Of a DNA stretch of 64,000 nt, positions 29,625 through 39,196 are shown piece by piece. The stretch's first letter is position 1. Every line of letters begins with the position of its first letter. Origin of the DNA: an uncultured Leptospirales bacterium (GTDB lineage: Bacteria; Spirochaetota; UBA4802; JAFGDQ01); NCBI GenBank assembly GCA_964626055.1, contig CAZVDF010000005.1:6057-70056 (forward strand), written 5' to 3'. The position numbers were made by a program, and so were the translations under genes. The notes below the pieces were generated by a model. That model saw only the letters and a program-made list of their open reading frames with translations. It had not been told where the DNA came from and searched no databases.

Positions 29625-30983
29625 ATGTTCTCCAAATTAAAAGCAGTATTGGTAATTTTTATAATATCCTTTACAGCAGTAAACGGCAATGCCGCCGCGG
29701 ATGGTACAGACGTACCCGGCTATAAACAGAAAGGCAACTTCGAACTGGGAGGCGCTTTCGGCACCCCGTCCGGATTAAATTCCAGATACTGGTTCACCGA
29801 AAGGTTCGGTCTTGATGTTAACGCAGGCGTTTCTCTCGAAAAAAGACCTGTGTTTACAATGGATTTTTTGGTGGAAGACTATAAGCTTTACAGATCAAGC
29901 ACGTTCGAGGCCAGGTTTTTTTACGGCCTGGGCGGTATGGTTGTAAAAGAGAAACACGACTATGAAAATAATTTAAGGATTCCTTTAGGATTTTCTTTCC
30001 CGATGATGCAATATCCTATTAATTTTTCCGTTTATGTCGCACCCGCTCTCATCGTGCATCCGAAGTCGGAATTCGACATTAACTGGGGTATAGGCGTCAG
30101 ATATAATTTCTCAAGGGCTTCCGAGATCATGGAAAAGCAGCATCATCTTGAAAGGGAAGTGGAGAGTCTTAAATACGGTCTCGATACTACAAAGGGAAAA
30201 CTTGCCGAGACTGAAGGAGAGCTCAGTAAAACAAAAGGCAAAGTAGATGAGCTGAACCATAGACTCTGGAATTTGAAAACCAAACTTGATAAAACGGAAA
30301 GCGAGCTTGATACCACGAAGACAAAATTAGTTCTGACGACCAGACAGCTTGATGACACGAAGAACCAGCTTGATGAGGTTAAGACTGAACTGCGGAACAC
30401 GAAAAAAAATCTGGACGACAAGCAGCTTGAACTTACAAAAAAGCAGTCTGAACTGGATAACGCGAAGATAATTATTGAAAATGCGTATACCGGGAAAATG
30501 AAAGAAGATGAAGAAGAAAAAATATCCAGGAAGCAGAAAGAACTTGATGATCAGAAAGCGGAATTAAATAATCAAAAAAAAGCCTGGGAACAGATAAAAG
30601 TCAAGGAGGCTCAAAAGAGAGAGGATTTAAAGAAGAAGTGCCAGGACAGAGGAGGAATCATAGATGAGAACGGATACTGCACGTGCCCGGAAAATCAGGA
30701 ATGGGATCCGAAGACAGATAAATGCGTCTGCGTAAAAGGATATTACAGGAACGGACCGGCAGAGAGATGCAAGCCGTGTGAAATAATAAAAGAAAGCGGA
30801 GAATGCGCAGGCGGCTGCGCGGATTTCGAGGAAAAAGTACGGTTGAAAAAGGGTCCGCATAAATTCGTTTGCGTGAAGAGATGCCGGAAAGCCAATGAGG
30901 TGTGGTCCAGACATAAAGGAGCATGTGTCTGCAGGGACGGTTATTACAGGAACGATGCCGGCGAATGCATAAAGAGGCAGTAA
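29625..30983 (+). CDS. Outer-membrane beta-barrel / long coiled-coil / Cys-rich C-terminal domain protein
   Basis: Signal peptide. The ~160-aa N-terminal region alternates hydrophobic residues and ends in an aromatic YNF (OmpA/OmpW-like 8-strand barrel). A ~180-aa heptad-like repeat region follows (LDTTKGKL, LDKTESEL, LDDTKNQL ...). The C-terminus carries about 12 Cys in EGF-like spacing (CTCPENQEWDPKTDKCVCVKGYY ... CVCRDGYY). Confidence 0.5.
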   Translation: MFSKLKAVLVIFIISFTAVNGNAAADGTDVPGYKQKGNFELGGAFGTPSGLNSRYWFTERFGLDVNAGVSLEKRPVFTMDFLVEDYKLYRSSTFEARFFYGLGGMVVKEKHDYENNLRIPLGFSFPMMQYPINFSVYVAPALIVHPKSEFDINWGIGVRYNFSRASEIMEKQHHLEREVESLKYGLDTTKGKLAETEGELSKTKGKVDELNHRLWNLKTKLDKTESELDTTKTKLVLTTRQLDDTKNQLDEVKTELRNTKKNLDDKQLELTKKQSELDNAKIIIENAYTGKMKEDEEEKISRKQKELDDQKAELNNQKKAWEQIKVKEAQKREDLKKKCQDRGGIIDENGYCTCPENQEWDPKTDKCVCVKGYYRNGPAERCKPCEIIKESGECAGGCADFEEKVRLKKGPHKFVCVKRCRKANEVWSRHKGACVCRDGYYRNDAGECIKRQ

Positions 30984-31002
30984 CATAATTATTTTAGTAT
31001 AA

Positions 31003-31092
31003 GGAGATAATGATAGTATCCCTAATTTCCTGCGGAACTCGGCCTTTGGCCTCAGACAGTCCTCGGAAATTTGGGATACTATCATTATCTCC
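31003..31092. other. Perfect 20-bp inverted-repeat stem enclosing a conserved 42-nt core, copy 1 (candidate structured RNA or REP-like element)
   Basis: ggagataatgatagtatccc (31003-31022) is the exact reverse complement of 31073-31092. The core ttcctgcggaactcggcct-ttg-gcctcagacagtcctcggaa (31027-31068) recurs at 60041-60082. Confidence 0.5.
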
Positions 31093-31154
31093 AATGGTAT
31101 TTATAAATTAATCTAAAGACAAGAAATTCAATTTTTTTATCCGGAGGAATAAAA

Positions 31155-31937
31155 ATGAGTTTTGCGAGAAGGGAATGGATCGCTCTCGGGATATCCGCGA
31201 TTGTTGCATTTGTTTTTATAGCGCTAATGACTGTCTTTCTCGGGAAGGGCCAGATGGGCATAATGCTCTTCGGGACGGACTCGGCCTACTATCCTTTTAC
31301 CCTTTACAATTTAATGCACCTGTTCTTTTTTATCGGACTTGGCCAGCTCTGGGTAAGATGGCTCAGCACATATGAAGAGAAAGTTTTTTTAAAAAAGTCC
31401 GGATTCCTTCCCGAAGACGAACATGCAATGTTAAAAACCGATGATGAAATCGAGAAAATAAGGATTAATGCAGCCAATGCGGCGGTAAGGGGAGAGGCTT
31501 TTCTTCCAGGGCTTATAAACAACTGCATAAATCAATATTTTAAATCTCATTCTGTAAGCGATACGATTTCCGTCTTAAACAGCGATCTTGAGCTGAATAT
31601 ACACAGGCTGGACCTGCGGTATTCCATGTGCAGATATATCGTCTGGGCTATCCCGACATTCGGATTTATCGGAACAGTGGTGGGGATCGCCGGGGCTCTT
31701 ACTAAACTTGATATTGTTAAATTCATGGGGTCGCAAACCGACAAGGTAGCGCAGTTCAGGATGCTGGCGTCCGATCTCGGATTCGCATTCGATACGACAA
31801 TAGTCGCGCTGGTTTTGAGCTCGATATTCGTATTTCTTATGCATATAGTCCAGAGCGGCGAGGAGGAAGTACTGAACAGATCCGGCAAATACGTACTGAC
31901 CAATCTGATAAATAAACTTGCCATAAAAAATAAATAA
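31155..31937 (+). CDS. MotA/TolQ/ExbB-family proton-channel protein
   Basis: Three TM segments. The conserved C-terminal helices (AIPTFGFIGTVVGIAGAL ... DLGFAFDTTIVALVLSSIFVF) match the MotA/TolQ/ExbB signature. Confidence 0.65.
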   Translation: MSFARREWIALGISAIVAFVFIALMTVFLGKGQMGIMLFGTDSAYYPFTLYNLMHLFFFIGLGQLWVRWLSTYEEKVFLKKSGFLPEDEHAMLKTDDEIEKIRINAANAAVRGEAFLPGLINNCINQYFKSHSVSDTISVLNSDLELNIHRLDLRYSMCRYIVWAIPTFGFIGTVVGIAGALTKLDIVKFMGSQTDKVAQFRMLASDLGFAFDTTIVALVLSSIFVFLMHIVQSGEEEVLNRSGKYVLTNLINKLAIKNK

Positions 31938-31942
31938 TTGAT

Positions 31943-32986
31943 ATGAGACGTCCCAATAGAGAATATAACATCTTCAATATATCGATGCTCGATACCATAT
32001 CGGGGGCGCTGGGCGCTGTCATGATCATTATGATAGTGCTGCTGACGCAGAAGATAGGTATTGAATCCATGTCGTGCCAGGATATCAAGGAAGAGCTGGC
32101 GACAACTTCAAGCAAACTGAGCGAAACAACCGAAGAACTCAGACAGACAAGAACGGAGCTTATAAAAAAAACATCGCGGGAAATTGCGGATGCTGAAAAA
32201 GTATTCAGCATCACCAGGATCATGGATAATACCGTGGGTAAAATAAAGCAGACTATCAATAAAATATATGAAATCAATAAAGAACTGTTTGAAAAGTCTC
32301 CGAGCAGGGGAATGTCGTTCAACATCCCGAAGAAAATCGTTATGCTTATCGATCTTTCCGGAAGCATGGCGGCGGAAAATAATAAGTACAAAGAAGACAG
32401 GCTGTCCCAGCTTAAAGCCGCTTTAAAAATGTTTATTGCAGGCATGGACCCGGATTATTATATTGACATAGTTTATTTTCCCGCTTTTCCTGAAAATATT
32501 GACAGAAAGCTGTACCCGGATTTTATTATTAAGCCTGTACTTGACGCAAAATGCAAGAATTTTGAGATGAGGGACGAAGCTTACGACAATCCGGGACTGA
32601 GCTGCTATAAATACGGATATTTTGAAGGATCGCTTAAAAAGATCCATTCCGAAGATGACAAATCCAATTTTTACAGAAAGATTGAATGTCTTAAAGCCTA
32701 TCACGATACGCCGACGGAAATTGCGCTTGATTTTGTACTATCGGATAATAGATATAGGGATGCGGAGGGAATAATACTGTTCAGCGACGGCCAGCCGGAC
32801 GCTCTAAGAAAGAAAAAAATGACAACAGAGACGTTGCTCAAGCATATTAAAAACAGGAATAAATCAAATAAAAAGATATTCACAGTCGGAGTTGGAACCG
32901 AATTCAGGAACAGAGAGGACAGCCTTGCCGTCGATTTTTCGAAAAAGCTTGCTGAGCAGAATGAAGGATTTTATATCGGCTTTTAA
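31943..32986 (+). CDS. ExbD/TolR/MotB-like membrane anchor fused to a coiled coil and a von Willebrand factor A (VWA) domain
   Basis: N-terminal single TM with a conserved Asp (NISMLDTISGALGAVMIIMIVLL), a charged coiled-coil linker, then a VWA domain with MIDAS DxSxS (IVMLIDLSGSMAAEN) and a downstream DG motif (ILFSDGQPD). It follows the MotA-like gene with a 5-nt gap. Confidence 0.6.
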   Translation: MRRPNREYNIFNISMLDTISGALGAVMIIMIVLLTQKIGIESMSCQDIKEELATTSSKLSETTEELRQTRTELIKKTSREIADAEKVFSITRIMDNTVGKIKQTINKIYEINKELFEKSPSRGMSFNIPKKIVMLIDLSGSMAAENNKYKEDRLSQLKAALKMFIAGMDPDYYIDIVYFPAFPENIDRKLYPDFIIKPVLDAKCKNFEMRDEAYDNPGLSCYKYGYFEGSLKKIHSEDDKSNFYRKIECLKAYHDTPTEIALDFVLSDNRYRDAEGIILFSDGQPDALRKKKMTTETLLKHIKNRNKSNKKIFTVGVGTEFRNREDSLAVDFSKKLAEQNEGFYIGF

Positions 32987-33108
32987 TCAGTTCATAGCGA
33001 GAGTTTCATTTCTCCCGGCTGCAGGATCGAGAAAAACGGTCCGTACGCGTTTTTAAAAGAGATAATCTGCAAAATATTATTTTTTAAATAAACTATGGAG
33101 TATTTTTT

Positions 33109-33888
33109 ATGAGCTATAAAACAATCAAGTATGAAGTAAAAGACGGGATAGCTACTATTACTGTTAATCGTCCGGATGTTTTAAACGCTTTGAACCAGGA
33201 TGTGCTGAATGATTTGCTTTCAGCCGGTAAAGAAGCTGAGAAAGATGCAAATGTCAAAGTTGTAATTTTAACGGGCGAAGGCCGTTCATTTGTCGCCGGC
33301 GCCGATATAGCTTCCATGCAAAATATGACTACCAGGGAAGCTCTTGCGTTTTCCAGGCTCGGTCACACTGTAATGAGTTCCTTCGAAGCCATGTCAAAAG
33401 CAGTGCTTGCAGCCGTTAACGGCTTCGCGCTGGGAGGGGGGATGGAGCTGTGTCTTGCCAGCGATTTTATTTACGCTTCAAAGAAGGCGAAATTCGGCCA
33501 GCCGGAAATGAATCTTGGCATTATCCCGGGCTTCGGCGCGACTCAAAGGCTTGCGCATGTAGTTGGTATAAATAAAGCGCGCGAGCTTATATATACATGC
33601 GATATGATAGACGCTGACGAAGCAAAACGAATAGGACTGGTTGCGGAAGTTTACGAGGCAGAGGATCTATTGAATAAAGTTGTCGAAAAAGCAAAACTTA
33701 TCATGTCAAAAGGCCCGTGCGGCATCGCAACAGCAAAGCGTGTTATGAACAAAGGGCTCGGGATGGGTATGGATTCCGCGCTCGAACTTGAGCAGCAGGG
33801 ATTCAGCTCGCTTTTCGGCACACAGGATAAGCTGGAAGGCATAACCGCGTTCCTTGCAAAACGCAAAGCTGAATTTAAGAACAAATAA
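33109..33888 (+). CDS. Enoyl-CoA hydratase (crotonase)
   Basis: 259 aa. VVILTGEGRSFVAGADI and GFALGGGMELCLASD are crotonase oxyanion-hole motifs. Confidence 0.8.
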   Translation: MSYKTIKYEVKDGIATITVNRPDVLNALNQDVLNDLLSAGKEAEKDANVKVVILTGEGRSFVAGADIASMQNMTTREALAFSRLGHTVMSSFEAMSKAVLAAVNGFALGGGMELCLASDFIYASKKAKFGQPEMNLGIIPGFGATQRLAHVVGINKARELIYTCDMIDADEAKRIGLVAEVYEAEDLLNKVVEKAKLIMSKGPCGIATAKRVMNKGLGMGMDSALELEQQGFSSLFGTQDKLEGITAFLAKRKAEFKNK

Positions 33889-33990
33889 CATATCTGCAGG
33901 GGCTGTTTTAAAATAAAGCCTGTTTAATATGTAATATCGAATTTCTTGGAATTAAGACATTTTGGGACAACCCCTGCAGAATAAAATTTG

Positions 33991-35379
33991 TTAAAATATT
34001 TTCCCGGGATTTAAAATCATATGAGGATCGAACGCCGCCTTGATCCTTTTTGACAGCTCAATTCCTTCTTTAGAAACGGCGAGATCGAGATAATTTTTTT
34101 TCGTGAGTCCTATGCCGTGCTCGCCAGTAAGCGTGCCTCCGCAGGCAATTGCTTTTTCAAATATGTATTTTTTAATAACAGGCATCAGCTTTTTCCATTT
34201 GCCGTCATCCATACTGCCTTTTAAAATGTTGATGTGCACGTTGCCGTCCCCCGCATGACCGTAGATGATCGACTGGAGCGATCTGGAATTTAAAAATATT
34301 TTAATATCTTTAATGAAGGCCGCTATCCTGGATCTGGGCACAACCGTATCTTCTCCGAAAAACACGCTGCTTGCGTTTTTTATTGAGTCCCTGATGGATC
34401 TTCTTGTCTTCCACAGTCTTTCTTTCTGGCTTTTTGAGCCTGCGGCAATAATCTCGTATCCGGTTTTGATCAGCTTGTTTATACGTTCAGCATCTTTCAT
34501 CACAATCTCCTCTGAAGCCCCGTCTATCTGTATCAACAAATGAGCTCCGGCATTGCCGAAAGGTATCTCTTCCTGAAGGAAATTTTTAACAAGTTTGATC
34601 GCGTCTTCTTCCATGAATTCTATTGTGGAAGGGATTATCCTGTTCTGTAATATTACGGGAACGGCATCGAGCGCTTCTTCTATGGAATCGAAGGGAATAA
34701 GAAGGTCAATGACTGCGCGAGGCGCCGGAACCAGTTTCAAGTAAATCTTTGTAATAACGGCAAGCGTGCCTTCGGAACCGACAAGTATGCCTATCAGGTT
34801 ATATCCTGTCGCGTTTTTCACTATTTTCCCGCCGGTATTTATTATGGAGCCGTCCGACAGGACGAATTCGAGCCCTGTGACATAATCTTTGGTTGTACCG
34901 TATTTAACGGCTCTTGGCCCTCCCGCGCTTTCGGCCAGGTTGCCTCCGATTGAGCACGAATCGAGGCTTGCCGGATCCGGCGGATACATGAGTCCATGTT
35001 CAAGAACGGCATCCTGAAGTGTTCTTGTGATTACTCCCGGTTCAACAACAGCGAACATGTTTTCCCTGTCGATTTCGATAATTTTATTCATTTGCTCAAG
35101 AGAAAGAACGAGCCCGCCCTTGACCGGTATTGCTCCTCCCGTAACCCCGGTGCCTGCTCCGCGCGGTATCACCGGGACGCCGAATTTACTGCATATAGCA
35201 AGAGTTTTACTTACGTCCTCAGCAGATTTTGCTCTGACTACTGCTGTCGGTACTTGTGAAATATCCGAAGTTTCGTCTTTTGAATATTTTTCAAGAATAT
35301 CCGGATCAGTGATGAGTTTATCTTTCCCGATGGATTTTTGCAGAGACAGGATTGATTTATTTAAAGTGCTTTTTTTCAT
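33991..35379 (-). CDS. FAD-linked oxidase (GlcD / D-lactate dehydrogenase family)
   Basis: N-terminal FAD-binding PCMH domain (VVRAKSAEDVSKTLAICSKFGVPVIPRGAGTG) and a C-terminal FAD-oxidase domain (TGEHGIG). Confidence 0.8.
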   Translation of the reverse strand: MKKSTLNKSILSLQKSIGKDKLITDPDILEKYSKDETSDISQVPTAVVRAKSAEDVSKTLAICSKFGVPVIPRGAGTGVTGGAIPVKGGLVLSLEQMNKIIEIDRENMFAVVEPGVITRTLQDAVLEHGLMYPPDPASLDSCSIGGNLAESAGGPRAVKYGTTKDYVTGLEFVLSDGSIINTGGKIVKNATGYNLIGILVGSEGTLAVITKIYLKLVPAPRAVIDLLIPFDSIEEALDAVPVILQNRIIPSTIEFMEEDAIKLVKNFLQEEIPFGNAGAHLLIQIDGASEEIVMKDAERINKLIKTGYEIIAAGSKSQKERLWKTRRSIRDSIKNASSVFFGEDTVVPRSRIAAFIKDIKIFLNSRSLQSIIYGHAGDGNVHINILKGSMDDGKWKKLMPVIKKYIFEKAIACGGTLTGEHGIGLTKKNYLDLAVSKEGIELSKRIKAAFDPHMILNPGKIF

Positions 35380-35464
35380 GATTATAGTATATATAGCTTC
35401 ACCAGTAAGATCGGATTTCCCTGCCAGCGGGCGTGGAAATCTGCACGAATTTTATGGTTAAGCG

Positions 35465-35581
35465 TGAAATATTCAACAAGAACTAAGTAGTTTAAGCTAA
35501 AGAATAGATTTTCCCCGCCGGCGGCGGGGAAAATCTTATGTATTTATTGCTGAAACATGAAATATTCATTTAAGAACTAAG
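35465..35581. promoter_or_regulatory. Divergent intergenic region with two ~26-bp direct repeats flanking a perfect GC-rich palindrome
   Basis: tgaaatattca-acaagaactaagta (35465-35490) and tgaaatattcatttaagaactaagta (35555-35581) flank gattttccccgccggcggcggggaaaatc (35517-35545). Confidence 0.3.
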
Positions 35582-35649
35582 TAAAGAGCCATAATATTAA
35601 TCAATTCTTTTTTTAATTGCATTTTTTACTACTTGTTTGGAAATAAATT

Positions 35650-36318
35650 ATGGAAGATCTGTTAAAGATTTATCATTCCTTATTTATAATGTACGGCCCG
35701 CAGGGATGGTGGCCTCTGCTTTCTTTCAAAAGAAGAAGGAGAGAAGAAGAATTCTTTAGAGGATATCATTGCGGTGATTACTCATTTCCAAAAAATGCGA
35801 AGCAAAGATTTGAAATTTGCACAGGAGCCTTGCTTACGCAGAATACGGCATGGACAAATGTTGAAAAAGCGCTGCTTAATCTTCATAAAATGAAACTGTT
35901 GAGCGCTGAAGCCATCGAAGCGGTAAAAATTGAGACATTAAAAAATGCGATCACTCCTGCCGGGTATTATAATCAAAAAGCCGTATACCTGAAAAATTTT
36001 ACCCAGTTTTATTTATCGACGAAAGGCAAAATCCCTACAAGAAAAGAACTTCTCTCCGTTAAAGGTATTGGACCCGAGACAGCGGATTCAATCCTGCTGT
36101 ATGCTTATAATCAGCCTGAATTCGTAGTCGATGCCTATACCAGAAGGATGTTCTCTCATCTGGGATTTTTCGATGCTAATGCAAAATACCAGGATATAAA
36201 AGAAATCTTTGAAAGTGCTCTGCCGGAAAATATTGTAATATACCAGGAATTTCATGCTTTGATCGTGCAGCATTCCAAGAAAAGCTATTCACGAAAACTG
36301 AATAAGAATAAATATTAG
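35650..36318 (+). CDS. HhH-GPD superfamily base-excision DNA glycosylase (endonuclease III-related, COG2231-like)
   Basis: YGPQGWWP, ALLTQNTAWTNV and helix-hairpin-helix LLSVKGIGPETADSILLYAY. No C-terminal Fe-S Cys cluster. Confidence 0.7.
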   Translation: MEDLLKIYHSLFIMYGPQGWWPLLSFKRRRREEEFFRGYHCGDYSFPKNAKQRFEICTGALLTQNTAWTNVEKALLNLHKMKLLSAEAIEAVKIETLKNAITPAGYYNQKAVYLKNFTQFYLSTKGKIPTRKELLSVKGIGPETADSILLYAYNQPEFVVDAYTRRMFSHLGFFDANAKYQDIKEIFESALPENIVIYQEFHALIVQHSKKSYSRKLNKNKY

Positions 36319-36409
36319 TACAGAAAATTCATTTAACATTTCTTATAGGATTGACTAATTTAAAATAATATTCTATGCTTGATTAAAATTTCCGTAAAAG
36401 CATTAAAAT

Positions 36410-38098
36410 ATGAGCAATGAAATTAAAATACTTATTGTTGATGATGACAGGCTCATCAGAACGGCCGTAAAGCGCATACTTTTAAAGAGCGGCAGGAATT
36501 TTGATGTTGATGAAATCCCGAACATTTCAACATTGTTTGAAAAATTGAAAATAAAAAAGTATGACTGCATAATACTTGATTACGTGCTGTCCGAAGCAAC
36601 AGGCATCGATGTTCTCAAAGAGCTGACAAATTTTAAAATAAATATCCCGGTTATTATGATGACCGGGCAGGGAGATGAACTGATCGCGGTCAAGGCTTTA
36701 AAAGCCGGTGCCAGCGATTACCTGCCGAAATCGATTCTCACACATAACGATGTGCAGGAAATACTTACCTATACAATACAAAATGCCATCAATTTATCCC
36801 GGATTAAGTCTGAAAGAGAAAGAACCGCGAATGCTTTACGTAAGAGCGAAGAAAGATACCGCAGCCTTGTTGAGCATTCTCCGATGCTTATAATGCGTTT
36901 TTTCCCTGATGATAAATCCGTCTCTTTCGTCAATGACGGATTCTGTAAATATTTCAATACAAGAAGGGATAACGTGATCGGCGAAAGTGTTAATCCTTAT
37001 ATCTTTGATGACGAAAATAACAGTTCGGACAGTATTTTTAAATTGTTAACACCTGAAAACCCTGCGGTCAGTTTTGATCATTATTCCAGAATAGGGAAGG
37101 AGATGAGGTGGCAGCTCTGGACATTGCAGGCTTTTTTCGACAGCCAGGGGAAGATTCTCGAATTTCAGTGCATGGGAGAGGATATTACACCTCTGAAGAA
37201 AGCTGAGAAAGAGCTAAACAATCAAAAAGTATTTTTTCAATCTATTCTTGATTCACAGGAGAATATAATTATAGTTACTGATAAAAATGAAATACTGGAG
37301 ATCAATCACAGTTTTTTAATTTTTTTCGGATACAGGAACCTGGAAGAATTCAAAAAGGAGCATGCCGATATAATAGAACTGGCGCTTGATATACCGGGCT
37401 ACATTTCTAAGAAGATCAAAGGTCACTGGATAGACGCTGTTTTAAACGGTTCCGGGACTGAGAGATTGATTTCATTTAAACCCGAAGGAGCCCGCAGCGC
37501 AAAGATATTTTCCGTGAACATAAATTTGCTTTCCCTTGAACGGGAAGTTTACGTAGTGACTTTTTCCGATGTTACCGCGCTGGAGCAGAAGAGCAAAACA
37601 TTTGAGGAAAAAGCCTCAATTGACGCTCTGACGGGCATATTCAACAAAGATAAATTTTATGAAATGATCAGCAATGATATTGAAGCCGCAAAAAAACATA
37701 AGACTAATTTATCATTGATCTTTTTTGATATAGATCATTTCAAAAATATAAATGATACTTACGGCCATCAGACGGGAGACGACGTATTACAGCAGCTTGT
37801 CGATGTGATCAGGGGAAGCATCAGGGAACCGGATATCTTCGCCAGATGGGGCGGAGAGGAATTTGTTGTGCTTCTGCCCAGGACTGATATGAATAACGCA
37901 TTAAAGGCAGCTGAAAAATTCCGCAGGCAGGTAATGAACGCAGATTTTAAAGATGCCGGACGTGTAACATGCAGTTTCGGTGTCACTAATTTGAACTTGA
38001 ACGATGATATCGACACATTTGTGAACAGGGCGGACAGGGGGCTTTATAAGGCCAAGGAGAGCGGACGAAACCGCGTCGTCGGCATTAAGTCGAAATAA
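36410..38098 (+). CDS. Response-regulator receiver / PAS / GGDEF diguanylate cyclase
   Basis: REC domain (ILIVDDD ... phospho-acceptor D in IILDYVL), two PAS-like segments, and a GGDEF domain with an intact RWGGEEF active site. Confidence 0.8.
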   Translation: MSNEIKILIVDDDRLIRTAVKRILLKSGRNFDVDEIPNISTLFEKLKIKKYDCIILDYVLSEATGIDVLKELTNFKINIPVIMMTGQGDELIAVKALKAGASDYLPKSILTHNDVQEILTYTIQNAINLSRIKSERERTANALRKSEERYRSLVEHSPMLIMRFFPDDKSVSFVNDGFCKYFNTRRDNVIGESVNPYIFDDENNSSDSIFKLLTPENPAVSFDHYSRIGKEMRWQLWTLQAFFDSQGKILEFQCMGEDITPLKKAEKELNNQKVFFQSILDSQENIIIVTDKNEILEINHSFLIFFGYRNLEEFKKEHADIIELALDIPGYISKKIKGHWIDAVLNGSGTERLISFKPEGARSAKIFSVNINLLSLEREVYVVTFSDVTALEQKSKTFEEKASIDALTGIFNKDKFYEMISNDIEAAKKHKTNLSLIFFDIDHFKNINDTYGHQTGDDVLQQLVDVIRGSIREPDIFARWGGEEFVVLLPRTDMNNALKAAEKFRRQVMNADFKDAGRVTCSFGVTNLNLNDDIDTFVNRADRGLYKAKESGRNRVVGIKSK

Positions 38099-38320
38099 CC
38101 ATGCTATTCAGGTAAATTTTAAGAATATGATCATTTTATCGCCGATATTTGCAATTTAAATAAAAAGCTCAGACAGGATGAGTAATTAACTCTAAATTAT
38201 TATTAATTATTTTTTCTCAGTATTCATTAAAATTTCTTTTTAAGAATGATAACTGGCGCCTAACAGGATATTTTTTAATATCATAGCCAATCGTTGAAAT
38301 TTAATTGTCCGGGAAATTGG

Positions 38321-39094
38321 ATGCCTGTAAAAAAAATTCTATCATGGAACGTAAACGGCATAAGAGCGGTGCATAAGAAAGGAATGCTTCTGCCTTTATT
38401 CGAAAGTAAGCCGTACATATTGTGCCTCCAGGAAACAAAGGCTGCCGAGGACCAGCTAACAAAAGAACTGCGATATATCAACGGATATCGCTCCTATTTT
38501 TCTTCTGCACAAAAGAAAGGATACAGCGGAGTATGTCTGTATTCAGAAGAAGAGCCGAATAAAATTGAGACCGGATTCGGTAATAAAGAGTTTGACAGTG
38601 AAGGCAGAATTCTTATCGCACATTATGATGAATTTATACTTTTCAATATTTACTTTCCTAACGGTAAAGCATCCCCTGACAGGCTTGATTTTAAAATGAG
38701 TTTTTATAATGCCTTTATGGAATTTTGCGACAGGCTTAAAGATTCAGGGAAAAACATAATTATCTGCGGCGATGTAAATACTGCGCATGCGGAGATTGAC
38801 CTGGCAAGGCCGAAAGAGAATGAAGATACGTCCGGTTTTTTGCCTCAGGAAAGAGCATGGATCGATAAATTTATTTCGCACGGATATACCGACACTTTCA
38901 GAATGTTCGTTAAAGAAGGGGGCCATTATTCGTGGTGGGATTACAAAACCGCCGCAAGAGAACGGAACATCGGCTGGAGGATCGATTATTTTTTTGTGAG
39001 CGACACATTTAAAGATAAAATAAAGTCGGCCTTTATATTAAAAGATGTTATGGGCTCGGATCATTGCCCCATAGGGATTGAAATTACAGAGTAG
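38321..39094 (+). CDS. xth: Exodeoxyribonuclease III (AP endonuclease, EEP fold)
   Basis: Xth-like [18 protein letters not shown] and C-terminal SDHCPI. I chose the internal start MPVKK; the ORF track starts 27 nt upstream. Confidence 0.8.
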   Translation: MPVKKILSWNVNGIRAVHKKGMLLPLFESKPYILCLQETKAAEDQLTKELRYINGYRSYFSSAQKKGYSGVCLYSEEEPNKIETGFGNKEFDSEGRILIAHYDEFILFNIYFPNGKASPDRLDFKMSFYNAFMEFCDRLKDSGKNIIICGDVNTAHAEIDLARPKENEDTSGFLPQERAWIDKFISHGYTDTFRMFVKEGGHYSWWDYKTAARERNIGWRIDYFFVSDTFKDKIKSAFILKDVMGSDHCPIGIEITE

Positions 39095-39196
39095 CTTTTA
39101 AATATGGCCGTTTTATATATAGAGGTCAGTCAAGATTCGAAAAAAATGCAGAAAATTTAATTTAGCGGCAGGTCACTTGGTAAGGATTAAATTGCG

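Noticed and set aside
31010-31111. 33-codon ORF (MIVSLISCGTRPLASDSPRKFGILSLSPMVFIN) with an aaggag RBS spanning 42-nt motif copy 1
   Set aside because: At the second copy of the motif the same frame has an upstream stop and no start. Conservation is at nucleotide level, not protein level.
35027-35461. 144-aa + strand ORF
   Set aside because: It is antisense to the 5' region of the FAD-linked oxidase gene and low-complexity. It is not supported.
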